Shown: positions 50,216 through 63,224 of the stretch, in pieces
Position numbering within the stretch: position 1 is the stretch's first letter
Layout: every line of letters starts with the position of its first letter
NCBI GenBank assembly: GCA_964106645.2
Contig: OZ067040.1
Strand: one strand, 5' to 3'
DNA from: Podarcis pityusensis
Taxonomy: Eukaryota
Length of the DNA stretch: 64,000 bases
The notes under the pieces: model-generated
Databases searched by the model: none
What the model was told of the DNA's origin: nothing
The model's input: only the letters and a program-made list of their open reading frames with translations
Program-made: the position numbers and the translations under genes

Positions 50216-51475
50216 CCTCTGGCTAGCTTTTATTAGTCTTGATTGGCAAGCCAAATACATTCAAGCAGCTTTCCCACGTTCTCAGGCTGCAAATACATGG
50301 TGGTTGAGATCATTTTTACCATAAGCAACTAGTATTTTGGTTTTCAATCTACATTAACACAATTGTCATTTATTTATTTGCAAAACATTCTATACCACCA
50401 ACCTTTTTAAAAAGGTGGTAAACAACATGAAAGCCAACAATAAAATTGCATTGATAAAATACAGAATATTTCCTTAATCAATAGATCAGCCAAATGCATC
50501 AAAACAGCAGGGAAAGTCATTCTGTAAATGGTTTGGGGGTGCTGGTCTATCAGCATGGTGGTGGAGAACTACTGTTCTTCAGTGCAAGCAGATGGGATTG
50601 GGGGAGAAGAGAGGAAGCAGGCTAGGTTCTTATGTAGTCTTGCAAGAGCACTGAAGCACTAAAAACATGACCACAGTGTAATTTGCACCACTAGACCTTG
50701 GCTCAGTCCAAAACTGGAACTGATCTGCTTCTCTGAAAAAAAATGCAACACTGCTGAGCACACAACTCTCTGGTGAGCAGTAACATGGTCTTATGACCCC
50801 AGTATGCCCCCTCCATCCCTGTGGTTTGGTCATCCTGTCTTCGTTGCACCATGCAAATTTAGATGTTAAGTGCTCTGGGCAGATCCTAGTGTAATTTATT
50901 TGATCAGTGAAGTGCCGAGCAAGCACTGGGGGCCTGTAAAATGGTAATGAAATCTCAACAACACCAAGCAGTTATGGAACATACAAAAACCTCTCGCATT
51001 AATCCAGCATTTTTCACAACAAAGGATCCCAAAGAGCTTTTCAAACCAAGTGAAAAAACAGACTGCATTCTGCATTCAACGCTGTCAGCATCAGAAACAA
51101 AACAGCTTCCAAAGTGAAGCTCAGCAATAACCCTCTATCCTCAGCACATGGCAGTAGCTAGTATTACAGGTCCATTAGTGCAGAAGCCACTTCAGGTACA
51201 AGTCAAAAAGATCAGCAGCAAGGAATTAGCAGGAGTATATTATGCTTTATGCAAAAGGAGCACCAATAAAATTTTTTTTTAAATCAGCCCAACGCATGAA
51301 CTCAAACCAGCCTTTGTGTTTAATTCTGGGCAGAAAAGGAGAAAGCTGGGTCTGTGGGGTCAATCTAGGAAGGACAACTGAAATTTAAAAACTCTAGTTC
51401 ATTCTGGAAATGCTCTACTGGTATTTCATTGAAAGTGGGTAAATTTGTTTTACCTGAAGGCCAAACATCAATTTA

Positions 51476-51831
51476 CCATATTTTTTGCACCATAACACTC
51501 ACTTTTTTCCTCCTAGAAAGTAAGGGGAAATGTCTGCGTGTTATGGAGCGAATGCCTGCGGGTGGCATCTGCTGCAGTCGTGAGCAGAGGATCCATGGTT
51601 CCCCTTCCTTCCCTCCTCCATGGTTACAAAGCATGGATCCACATGGATCCTCAGGATTTTTGCATTGGGCTACTCCAAACTCACTGTCAGATCACATGTC
51701 TGTGGCCACAGCATGAACCACAAAAATCATATATCCACTATTTCGTTTAGAATATTTTTTTTCTTGTTTTCCTCCTCTAAAAACTACGTGCGTGTTATGG
51801 TCTGGTGCGTGTTATAGAGCGAAAAATACGG
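51476..51831. mobile_element. Tc2/pogo-like MITE
   Basis: TA-CCATATTTTTTGC...GCGAAAAATACGG-TA. Confidence 0.88.
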
Positions 51832-51833
51832 TA

Positions 51834-52024
51834 TTTCCCCCAAAGGCACTCAAGGTGGCATACACAGTTCTCTCTCCCATTTTATTGCTGCAACAACCCC
51901 GTAGGTAGATTATGCTGTGAGTGAGTGACTGGCCCAAGGTCACCCAGTGAGCTTCATGGCTGAGTGGGGATTTGAATCCTGATTGATAAACCCAATACAC
52001 TAACCACTACACAACACTGGCTCT
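51834..52024 (-). mobile_element. tRNA/CORE-type SINE
   Basis: Reverse complement reads AGAGCCAGTGTTGTGTAGTGGTTAGTG...GGATTCAAATCCC...CTGGGTGACCTTGGGCCAGTCAC. Confidence 0.75.
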
Positions 52025-53096
52025 CCACTGGATTATAAATAAAATCCAGTGGAGACACTGCCTGTTCACTTTAACGGTTGAGGAGGATACCAATGTAACC
52101 TGCCAAACAACTTTTATAGGCATTTAATGGAGGAAAGGAGGCTCCTTTGATAATAAATGATCTCACTGGAAGAGGAAATCTGGAGGTACACAAGCAATGA
52201 GAGGTAGTTATGTTGAAGTCAATGGCTTAAGACATCCCTCCATTTTCAATTAGAGCCTTGGGAGGCACACACTCCAATTCTGGGAAGGAAAAGGGATTTA
52301 GCAAAGGCCAAATTTTAAAGCTTTTATTGTTTTTCTTAAGCAGGTTAATCCAACTCTCTGGTCCAGGCCTGTGGCTTCTTTTGTGAACAGCAAGCCGACT
52401 GGGGGCTTTTCACTGTTAGCTGAAACAGACTTTTGGACATATGCCCTTCACGGAACACACTTTACTTTTACTACTTCAAACATGCTTTGTCCAAAACTAA
52501 AAAATGCCCCTGTTTATTTACTCCTTTTAATGTTGATGATTTGGCATGGGAGAAAAACAAGCATTTCCCTCGGGCTGGAGGCAGTCTCTGCTACGCCAAA
52601 CATTCCCTCTTTGCCTAACCCCATTTCACTTTGGTGAAACTAATTTTCTGCAGAGGAAAAGGGTTTCCACATGTCCCTAATTTCCAAATACAGTCATCAG
52701 TGGTACACTTGGCAATAAGAGAGATACTACAGTTCCTTTATCTCTTCTTTTCAAAAATTCAAGCCAAGCAACACCAGAAAAATCCAGGTTGATACTTGTG
52801 GGCATTTATTTTGGACAAAATCCCAAGGTGAGTCTTTTCCTGCAACAGGGAAAGGTGAGGTTACAGGGAACCAGGCAGAGGGCCTTCTCGGTAGTGGCGC
52901 CTACCCTGTGGAATGCCCTCCCATCAGATGTCAAGGAAATAAACAACTACAGTGTTACCTCGAGTTACAAATGCCTCAGGTTACGAAAGCTTCAGGTTAC
53001 AAACTCTGTGATCCTGTTGATCCTAAATTGGACTGTGATCCTGTTGATCCTAAATTGTCTAGCATCCATTGACCTTCAAAAAGCATGCTGCAATTA

Positions 53097-54410
53097 CCGT
53101 ATTTTTCGCTCTATTGGACGCACCGGACCACAGGACGCACCTGTTTTTAGACGGGGGAAATCAAGGGAAAAAACAGCCTGTCCGCTTCTCCCAGAGCTTC
53201 TCGGGGCTATGGGGGAAGCTTGGGTTTCCCCCCCCAGCCCCAAAGAGCAAAGAAGCCAAGACAGCGAGCGGGATCCATAGCCGTGCAACCTCTCCAGCGC
53301 AGCTAAAGAAGAAGACAAGGCAGCGAGCGCGATCCATCCCGCTCACTGCCTTGGCTTCCTCTTTAGCCTTGAGCAGCATCTTTAGCCTTGCGCAACAGGA
53401 TGGATCGTGCCCGCTGTCCACCGGGGCTGGACTAGATGACTCCTGGGGTTCCCTTCCAACCCTGCAATTCTATGACCTTGGAAGGTGTTGGGGGTCTCCA
53501 CCACTGGAGGCTTTTAAGCAGCAGTTGGGGGACCATCTGCCTGGCATTCTTTAGCTGTAATTCCTACATTGTGAGGGGGCTGGGCTAGATGACCCTCGGG
53601 TGGCCCTCCCAACTCTATACAGTCCTACACTTCTGCGGCAGGAGATCCACAGCCACTTCACACAATGCCCACTCCCAATTTTCATTGGAGAGACATGTGG
53701 CTTCAGTGTCTAGGTAGGTACCCCCCTACCTGCCACTCTCCCCCCACCCCACTTAAGCCAAGGGAATTCCTGCCCAGCTCCCAGGTGAGGCAAGGGTTAA
53801 GATCTACCTCTGGTAAATGGCTTTCCCTTTTCTCTTCTTCTTCTGTGCTATTTCCTTTTATGTTTTGTTTAATCTGTTTTTATTGTATACTAAAATAAAA
53901 GCTGCAAAGTTTCCTTTTTTATAATATCCCCCCCTCCAAACTAAAACGTTAATCTAGATAAAAACACTGATCCAGAGGAAAAGAAGGGGGTGGAGAAAGG
54001 ACGAAAAAAGAAAAAGAGGTAGAGATAGAGAGATTTTTTAAAAGTTGGCTTCTTTAGCCTTGCGCAGCCTCCCACGGCTGGAGAGGCGTGCAAGGCTAAA
54101 GAGGAAGCCTGGGCAGCGAGGGGATGGATCGCGCTCGCTGCCCAGGCATCCTTTTTAGCCTTGCGCAGCCTCCCCCCGGCCGGAGAGATTGCGCAAGGCT
54201 TTTCTAGAGGAGGGAGAAGGGACTGACTGACCGCGTCAGTCCCTTCTCCCTCCTGGGGAAAAGCCTGCAAGAGCCGCACGAAGCTTGTGTGTGGCTCTTG
54301 GGGGCTTTTCCTGACTGCCTCCCCCCCTGCATTCGCTCCATGGGACGCACAGACTTTCCCCCTTAGTTTTTAAGACGGAAAAACTGCGTCCTATGGTGCG
54401 AAAAATACGG
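53097..54410. mobile_element. Tc2/pogo-like element with ~620 bp of unrelated internal sequence
   Basis: TA-CCGTATTTTTCGC at 53097 and GCGAAAAATACGG-TA at 54410; both halves carry TTTAGCCTTGCGCA subrepeats. Confidence 0.7.
53424..53618 (+). mobile_element. Two tandem CR1 3'-end fragments
   Basis: GGGCTGGACTAGATGAC...TTCCAAC...ATTCTATGA followed by a second GGGCTGGGCTAGATGACC...CCAACTCT unit. Confidence 0.7.
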
Positions 54411-54898
54411 TACTTTCTATTGTTTTCAGAGAAGCACAGCACAATATACAAATATGGTCTTAGTACATCCACCGATACAATGAGTATTACTTTTACCATC
54501 TACAGCAATTATGAATTTAACTTCATGCAAGTAAAATAGCTAGGCAGCAATTGTTAGAATGTTGGACTAAGATCTGGAAGACCAGGGTTCAAACCTCCAC
54601 TTGCCTATGAAGCTCACAGGCTATTCTTGGACCAGTCACCATGTCTCAGTTATAAGCCCATCATAATACAACTACAACTGATCAGATACCATGTCCAAAC
54701 TGAAGAACATAAACATATGAAAGCTTGCTAATACTTGCCAAACTGATTCTGGTACAAAAGTGTTTACCCCTCCCCTCCTCCCCGTGCCAATTTTTATGAA
54801 TGGCTCAACAAGGCTCGAAACATTATAATGGCATTAACATATAGTTGGTCTGCACCAACATAGATGAACACAACAAAAACAGTTTCAGTAGCCTAGAA

Positions 54899-55112
54899 CA
54901 GGGGTTCCCAAACTGCGGTTTGTAAACCACTGGTGGTCTGAGCTTCATTCAGGTGACCCACAGCCTGTCTGTAAAAATACAATTTAAAATTATAAAGCAC
55001 CTATCACAGTGCATTAAAATTGCTACAACAAGCAAAAAAATCCCTAAGTGGCCTGTCAAGATTCTCAACAATTTTCAAATGGTCTATGGAGAAAAAGGTT
55101 TGGGAATCATTA
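54899..55112. mobile_element. Old hAT-Charlie-like element
   Basis: CAGGGGTTCCCAAACT / AGGTTTGGGAATCATTA; degenerate TSD GCCTAGAA/AGCTAGAA. Confidence 0.7.
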
Positions 55113-55705
55113 AGCTAGAAACTTATAGAAATCCTTGGAATGTGCAAATGCACATATTAACATTTGGTTTATGGAACTATAGGAGTTTCTACACAGAAAT
55201 CACATCTTTTTAAAAGTTTGCTATTCACCTTAGCCATTCCCATTATGGGACAAACAATGAAAGGAGAAGGGCGGAGGGCTGTCCACTATAACATGCCAGC
55301 AGCCGAACCAGTCCGGCATTCTGTTGCCATAGGTATCAGGTCGCCCACTGCAAGCATAAGCAATGCATGAATGCAACAGCGCTCTCCCCACTCATGTTCC
55401 CAGAAACTGGTATTCAAAGGCATACTATTTCCAACGCTGGAGGTAGTACAGAGCCATCATGACTAGCCATTGTCAGTTTTATCCTTCATGAATCTGCCTA
55501 ATCCATTTTAAAGTTGCTCAAGTGGATGGCAATCACTATAACTTGAGGTAGCAGATTCTGTTGTTAATGATTTGTTATGCAAAGAAGTCCTTCTTTTTGT
55601 CGGTCCTGAATCTCAACACTTTAGGTTCATCCATTTTTGCCACCAGAGCACCAGCGAGGGATAATGAGCACTTGTCAGGATCAGAGGGAAACCCCACCCC
55701 TCTGC

Positions 55706-55757
55706 CTCCCATCTATAGCTCTGAGCTATAGCTCCCATCTATAGCTCTGAGCTATAG
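55706..55757. repeat. Perfect 26-bp tandem duplication, each unit containing a palindrome
   Basis: (CTCCCATCTATAGCTCTGAGCTATAG)x2. Confidence 0.92.
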
Positions 55758-58700
55758 GCGTGTTGGCTTGCTCTACCTCCATTCCTGAAAGTGTGTAACA
55801 GGGAGAATGCTCTGAGCCCATAGTGCAAACCGACGCACCATCCTCTCCAGCCTGGAGCTGAGGAGGGTAGGCAGAGGCTTGTTACTGCTGTGTACTTGCA
55901 CCTGCCAAGTGCAGAGCAAAAACAATGTCAGGCTTCTGCCACAAATTTGGAATGGGGAGGGGATGGAATTCATCAACCTTCACTGGAGGAAACCTTGGAC
56001 TCATCTCACTCTCCAGAGCCTGGTTAAACACTCAGCATTGTGAATGGTGAGGGAGACTGTCAAACCCCATGAAAGTGAGAAGCAGAGCTGTATGCTGAGC
56101 TCCTTGGAAGTAAGGTGTGATATAAAATAAACTTATGGTATCTCACTACAAAACTTTAAATGACCTCAATCTGAGGTTTCATGTAGATGGTAATTCTCTG
56201 TGAGCATCTGGCTGCAAGATGTGTGTGGTTTGGGAGTTCTGGTTTGGGGGCTGGTGCTTGAACGTTATCGCTTGCATTATAGATACAGCCTGAACTTTTC
56301 GTCATTTGGTCCTTTCCATTTCAGAATCACTTTTCTTGTTTTCAAGCAGATCATTTACCCCCAAGCCCAGTTGGTTGGTCAGTGCCATCTGATATCAGCC
56401 AGCTTCTTCCCACTGTCCCATGAGAGAGAACTCCAAGCTTTTGTACAGTCAGGGCACCAGGCCAGACAAAGACAGCTCAATGGGTTACTTATCTCTTTGC
56501 TTAGGGGGAACAATGAAAAGAATTTTGAGGGGGAAATGGGCATGGAAAGTGGCCTTCAGGTTAAAGTAACCATTTACCCATTACATGGTAAAGCAGAATT
56601 TCCCATGAAGTCACACACTCTGTATGCCTGACTTTTCATTCTGAGAGAATAAAAAGAAAAAAAGAAAGAAAAAAACCTATTCCTGTCCTATTATGAGGTG
56701 GTAAGATGGAAAATTCTGAATGCTTGTGTGAATGAAATAAAGGATCTGAGACACACAAACTCTAGTGGGAGAAATTTCTCAGTTCTGATATTTTTCAGGT
56801 AGCACTACAAGCTGCTCTCACAAGATCTGAACATGTTCAATATATAGTCTATAACGTTTTTAGACAACCATTTCTCATGAACTGTTATTTCTGATTAAGC
56901 TTTTTATGCCTTCTTCTCTCAGTACATATAAAGAAAAGGGAGCAGGGATACATCTTCCTACTGAACAATTTGTTCATATTGCAAATAAGGACCCCGCAGA
57001 AACTGCCTACCAGACACAGGACGGCGATTTATTAAGGAAACAGCTTTCTGGGTCAATTCGTTTTAATGTATGGTGAGATCATTGGGGGGTGTTGTTGAAA
57101 GGAATGATTGGGTGGGACACACACACACACACACACACACTAATCAGGGATTTGCTTACTTCACCCCCTTTCAACTTTAATTAACTTTATCTTGGGAAAT
57201 ATATTCCTGTATATTAAAAGTGTGTTAATGGAACCACAATAAGACCACTCTTTTTGAAAAGCATCCAAGGTCATTTTCTTGTGTTTGTGTGAAGGCAATC
57301 TAGTCAAGCTGTAACCAGTGGGACTCCATCAGTCAAGTCAGAGCCACTGCACAGCTTTTCTGTCACTTTTCCAATTCTTCCTTGGAGAAATATTCAGAAC
57401 TCTATGGTGGCATTTCAGATGAAGGACCTGCTTGCTAACTCAAGTAAGCATGAGGAGCCTGCTGCATTTTCAAGGAGCTACTTTGATCACCATGGACAGA
57501 ACAGGCTCAATGTGTGAGGCAAAGCCACCTGTGGAGGGAACAGATGTATCCATCTTTTGTTTCCTTTGTCTTTTGCTTGGAGAAGAGAAGCAAACTGAAA
57601 AGTCTGAACAAGCTATGCTAAAGGAAGCCTTGAGCTAAGAGATCTGGTGTTTCCAAAGCAAAAAAAAATATTTCTCCTATACTAAAGACCTGCAGTGGTC
57701 TGTTCAATTGATGGCACTTCAAGACTTAGTAGCTCAAAGGCAGTAATGGCAGATGAGATGACCAAGAGGAGTAGAGAAATGAAAGTCCCCAAAATATTGA
57801 TTTTTCTTTTCAGCAGGAAAATGTCTCTCTATTTCCTACCGAAGACCCAGTCACTTAGCACTCTTCCCCCTTTTAAACACTGTGATTTATGACATTGCAA
57901 ATTATGTAAGTCTTACAGGTGGAAGCAAGAAGCACCGAAGATGGAGGTACTTAAACAAGACTGCAGCAGAGCTGAACACGGCAACTTTCAAGCTTGGGGC
58001 CTGTACCTTAAACAAAATTGCTTCTTTTGAAGCTGCTCTAAAGAAAATGGGACATGGCAGTTTGGACAGAGTGTCATGACCTAACCCCCCTAGGGCTGTA
58101 GAAAGGAAGTGGTTAAAAAGTCTCCTGTCCTTTGCATCACTGGCTGTTCCAGAGATCAACGTGGGAGGCACAGGTGGGGGTAGGCACAGAGCCAAACCCC
58201 TCAACACTGCTGTAGCGGTTGAGACATGGCAAGGCTCCAAAAATGCAGAATTTTCTACCTCCAGCCGACAGAGACAATACCCTGATGAACTGGAGTAGCA
58301 TTCCTAAAAAGCAGAACTCCAAGCAGCCCCCATAAATATTAGTACCTACTTTCCTTAACTATCCCACCCTAATAATGCCTTCTCCACATTCAACTATCAG
58401 CCCTTGTTTCTCCCTGGCTGCCTGGCTCTGTTGCCAGATCCATTTCTGGCTTTCTCCTTGAGCTCCCCACTTACCCCCATCTCTCCCAGATTCCTTCTGG
58501 GTGGTGGGAAAAGCAAAGGAAAGCAAGGACAGGAGATGAAGCAGGGGTACCAAAACTAACGTTGTTGTAGATGTGATGCCAGACAGAGCGACTACTCCTT
58601 TTGCCTATTCAAATTTGGAGGGGGGCAGGGGACTAGAATTCATCACTTCCTGCCTTCATCTAGTAGGCATTATTTGACAGCTGCAGTGAGTCACCCTGGA

Positions 58701-59902
58701 GTTAATAAATCAATGTGTGAAACTTGCAAGATACAGATTTGATATTCTGAAAGCAAAGCTGTGGAGCGGCAGGAGTCTTCCTTTTCAAACCTCAGGCATG
58801 TGCCACACTTAGACTCTTCCCCAATATTTGCACAGAACATGATCTTCAGAGAGAAACACTGGCCTATGGCACAACATCTTAAGAGAAATGGACTACCAAG
58901 GGCTAGGCCCACACTGCAAGAGGCATCTTGTGCTGAAAGCCTGGAGCCTCTGATTTCTCAAGCAACGTGCCTGTGGCCTTTAGTAACCCCACAGCTTGCT
59001 AATATGAACTTCATAAACTGCTTTGACATCCCCATGGAAACAGAAGGCGAGGTCATAAATAGGGGATTAGCACCTCTTAACACAGAGCAAAGCAAAAGAG
59101 GCAACAGGGGGTTTAAGTTCCCCCATTAAGGGGCAAGGGGCTGCTTGGCAAGGAGGGAGGGCAGGATGGAGAAGGAAGAGTGCGACAGAGGAAGGGCAAA
59201 CCGCGGGTGAACTACAAACTGTAGACAAAAGAGGAACAGGCACAGGACAAAGAGGGCAACAAATCTAATGAGCTCCTCCTTCCTGTCCCGTCCACCACCC
59301 ACTGCCAATACCTAGACAGCCTGTCTATTTCAAAGCTCACACCAGCACAGAAGACGGCAGCGACTGTTTTCCCCAGCTCCATTTTTCTTAAATGGCACTC
59401 AGCTCCTTCAAAGTTGACAGTAGGCAAGAGAATTAATGGGAGAGAGAGGAAAGATAAAGAAGGCACCTTCTCCCTCTCTCTCTCTCACACACACACGTTT
59501 TACAAGGTCAATATAAGCAGGTTCGTTCGTGTGAAAAAAATGAAGAATGGAAATATCAACCTGTCTGCAGCATTTCTCAAACTTATCCCCTGCCCATGTC
59601 TTAAGCCCTCAATATCTCATTTCTCTGCTCCAGTTCACCTCAAGCACTTGGCAACCAGGCCTGCACCAGTCAGCAGTTGGCAATTCCACTCTTTTCATTC
59701 AACAAATCCAGTCACATTATCACCAACATAGCACAAAGAGGCTGCTTGCGCTCTCTCCTCCCCAGGGCTAGAAAGGCCTGCTTCCCATTTTGAGAGATGT
59801 TACATTATAAGGTCTGGCTCATGAATAAGTTTGTGGCCTTCACTCCATGCATTCTAATTCTGAAAACAACAACAACACCCCTGTTTTCAGAGGAAAACTG
59901 AC

Positions 59903-59975
59903 CTGTTGAGCTTTGGTTTCTTGTTTTTTGGAACAAAACCTTCGGGAAGTTTAGGTTTATGATTTGGCAGCAAAC
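59903..59975 (-). CDS. MRPS18A: MRPS18A penultimate exon
   Basis: tttttag|GLLPNHKPKLPEGFVPKNKKPKLN-AG|gtcagt; 73 nt, phases fit both neighbours. Confidence 0.94.
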
Positions 59976-61027
59976 CTAAAAATTGGGGTCGGGGAGGGGG
60001 AGAGATTGAGATGTCAGTTTGAGTAGATAATGTATGCATAAGATCACAGCTAAAGTACATACACCCCCCCCCCCCGAGTGGGATGCCACAGGCTATTCTA
60101 GGTAATATACCAATCCCCAAATTATTATTATTATTTAAATAGAATTATATTTTTAAAATGCTAGTTTTAATGTATGTATGTGTTTGTTTTTGCTTAAAAT
60201 ATTGTAAGTTGCTTTGAGTTGCCATAGCAAAAAATCACTAACACATTTATTAATAGAAACCTCACTCAGATTCCATCTATTCACCAAAGTACGTCACCAA
60301 AACTGACCAAAATTTTCAAGTTTCTCTCTTAGTCCAAAACTAAAAGCCTCAACATCTCACTGTAGCAGTGTTTTTCTTTTTCCTCAAAAAAGAGATCTGT
60401 TTGACATACTGCAAAATAACTGCAACCTAACTGGTTTCTAGACTCCCTGTATGTATCAAAATGTTGCTGATGGTAAATCTCTAGCCATACTGGGCAACAT
60501 TCCAATATAGAAAACAGGAGTCTGTTTCCTCTGTGTCCTCCTGAATGGTTTATTTCACACACAGCATATGGGAGCCTGCCTAGTATTAAGGTCAAAGAAC
60601 GTAAGGAGAAGAGGGGCAGTGGGGAGGCTCCTGGCAGCTCTGCTGCTGTTTTGCTCTGTTATACCTGGAGCACTAACAGGATTCAAAATCCAAACAATCA
60701 ATGGGCTCTACAATGTTACACCACTGCCTAGCTAGCCTAACTCATTGTGAGTTGTCATATGCATCAAAAGAAGGGTTTAATTAACCAGTAACAGGTAGCC
60801 ATTAACTACTCAGAAAATCATAGTTGGACTGACACTCTGTGGCATTGCAAAGCAGTAGTCTGGGAAGCATTCTTAAGAAGCAAGGAACTCAGGATGGGCA
60901 AATCCTTTTGATCATTATAGGGTCGCTGAGTCCCAGTTATCTTTGGCAGCCCAGTTTTTGCATGTAATGCATTCCAACGCAAGGAAGCCTCAAAAACTGA
61001 AGTTAGCTCCCAAACAAAACAAGTTAC

Positions 61028-61151
61028 CTGCTCGATGAGCCATTTTCACACAGACTTCAACCTTTCTGTGCTCTTCCGTACAGAGGCCTGTGACTCTCCT
61101 GGGCAGCATCCTTCCCTCAGAGGTTATGAATTGACTGAGCAATAAAACATC
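61028..61151 (-). CDS. MRPS18A: Mitochondrial ribosomal protein S18A, internal exon (upstream exons lie beyond the window)
   Basis: ctaaag|[42 protein letters not shown]|gtaact; S18-family motif; 124 nt. Confidence 0.95.
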
Positions 61152-63224
61152 CTTTAGAAGCAAAGAGAAGGGAAAAACCCAATCAACACCAGAGCATGAA
61201 TGACATAATACCCGCAAAGTGATGTTTGAGCCAAAGCTTCCGAAAAGCAAGAGATAAGCCGTCTTTGATGTTTCTGCACAAACAGCTCCTACAACACTAT
61301 CAGGCGTTTCCAAGGCGCTTTGCTCTATCTACTGGACTAAAAACCACTCCCTCTAACTTGCCATGGAATGCAGATGATGGAAAAAGGGAAAGACAGTGTC
61401 ATTTCAGTAGTGTAAGTAACACTGCAAAAGAGGAATCATAAAATAATCTGAGCCTGAGCATGCCCATGTCAGTTACAAATTGGTTTCCATCCTGAAACAT
61501 AGCATTTTTTATTTCTTATTTATAAAAGTTAAACCTGCCTGCTTAGTGTTATTTGTGCCTCTATAAAATGAAGAATCCAAAACATCACAATACCCTCCAG
61601 AAGAAAAATGTTTTGCACCTTTTTTGGAAATATATCCACGGAGCAATATTGCAACCCTACCTCAGAGGACATTCCAGAGCTTTCAACCAATATCTTGTGG
61701 CAAAATGAATAACATACAGTATTTCTTTAGTGGAACTGGAATAATAGATAGAAATTTTGCTAAGAGGAACATTATTTTAAAAGCTATGTTGAGTTGAGAT
61801 GAAAGAGCAGGATTTAGGTAACTTAAAAGGCTAACTTGCACGTAACTACATCAGCATGGGAGCTGTTTCCCCATGAATTCTTCCCATGCTGCACACAATA
61901 ATTTTATTTATTTATTCAAGCCAAAGGGAAGTCTACTACAGGCAAATAGATAGAAATGCATAAAATAACAAAATCCTTAAAAACACACAACAAATCACTC
62001 TTTAAAAAGTTACTAATAGCAGCAGTGATTGAGTCTCTCCTCCTCCAAATGCAAGCTGAAAAAATGCATCTTAATTAGTCACCTAATATATAGAGAAACA
62101 GGGCCAGATGCACCTCAGTAGGGAGGTAGCTACACATATGAGGAGCTACCACTGACTACGGAGGGAAGGGAATTCCAATACACAGTTGGCACCAATTCTT
62201 GAGGTTTTCTGCACCCATTGAAGGCACATCTGTTTCCTTAGGCATTTGCTAAACATTAGCACTTTGATGGATTTTGTTTTTTTCTCTTGTTCTTGCTTAT
62301 TAAGATGCGGTATTCTTTTTATCATTGCTATGTTGATTTTTATGTTGTTGATTGAATTTTAATGTACCCTGCACCAAAACTGCCTCCACAATGAAGGGTG
62401 GGAAATAAATATTTTTAAATAAAATAAACACTGTAAACAAGTTTACTTGTTAGGGAACTGGGATGGGAGTGGAAGCTGCTTGAAAAGCCAACAGTCAGCT
62501 CAAATAATATGCACACCACCCACATGAGCAGTCACTTTGCCCAAGTAAGCTGTTTAATATCATTGGATTGACTCCTTGTTACAAAGTTTTGCAACAGTGT
62601 AATGTATGAAACAGCCCTGGGCCACCTCAAATGACCTGGCATTTGGGGACCAGGATGAAGCTTTCAAAGATCTAGGATTACAGCACAAGCTCTTACATGT
62701 ATTATTTTTGAACTGTATTAGCTTGTAATGCGAATTCCAAATCTTGTGTTTTTTGCAAAATGATAGTCATTCCCACCCCCCTTTGTCTTACACACTGTCT
62801 GGTTTACAAGAATTAAAAAAATAAATCAATTTAACTGGAGTTGGAGAACTACCTAACAGCAATAGTAACACTGAGCTATGTAAATGAAGGTTGTTTTAAA
62901 AGATTTGTGATCTGGTGTATTCATTTGGACCTAGTTGGTGTATTTGCCAAGTTTAATAAGCATCTCCTTATGAAAAAATATTTAATACAATGGTTTTAAA
63001 TACAAAAATAAAAATAAGGGTGCTATCCAAACAAGGACTTCTGTTAGTGCAAATAAGTTTGGCTGCACAACTGAATTTCCGCTCCCTGCACCCCTTTAAT
63101 CTGCTCTGGGTCCCCCCATGCTCTGCAGCAGATTTAGGGCATGAGGGGTGTAGTGGGGAGAGGAAAAAGGCAAGTTCCACTGTGGAAATGGAAATCATTG
63201 CATTAATGGAACTATGTCCTATTG

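Noticed and set aside
52789-53554. ORFs of 161-163 aa
   Set aside because: They run across L2, MITE and CR1 fragments; chimeric chance frames
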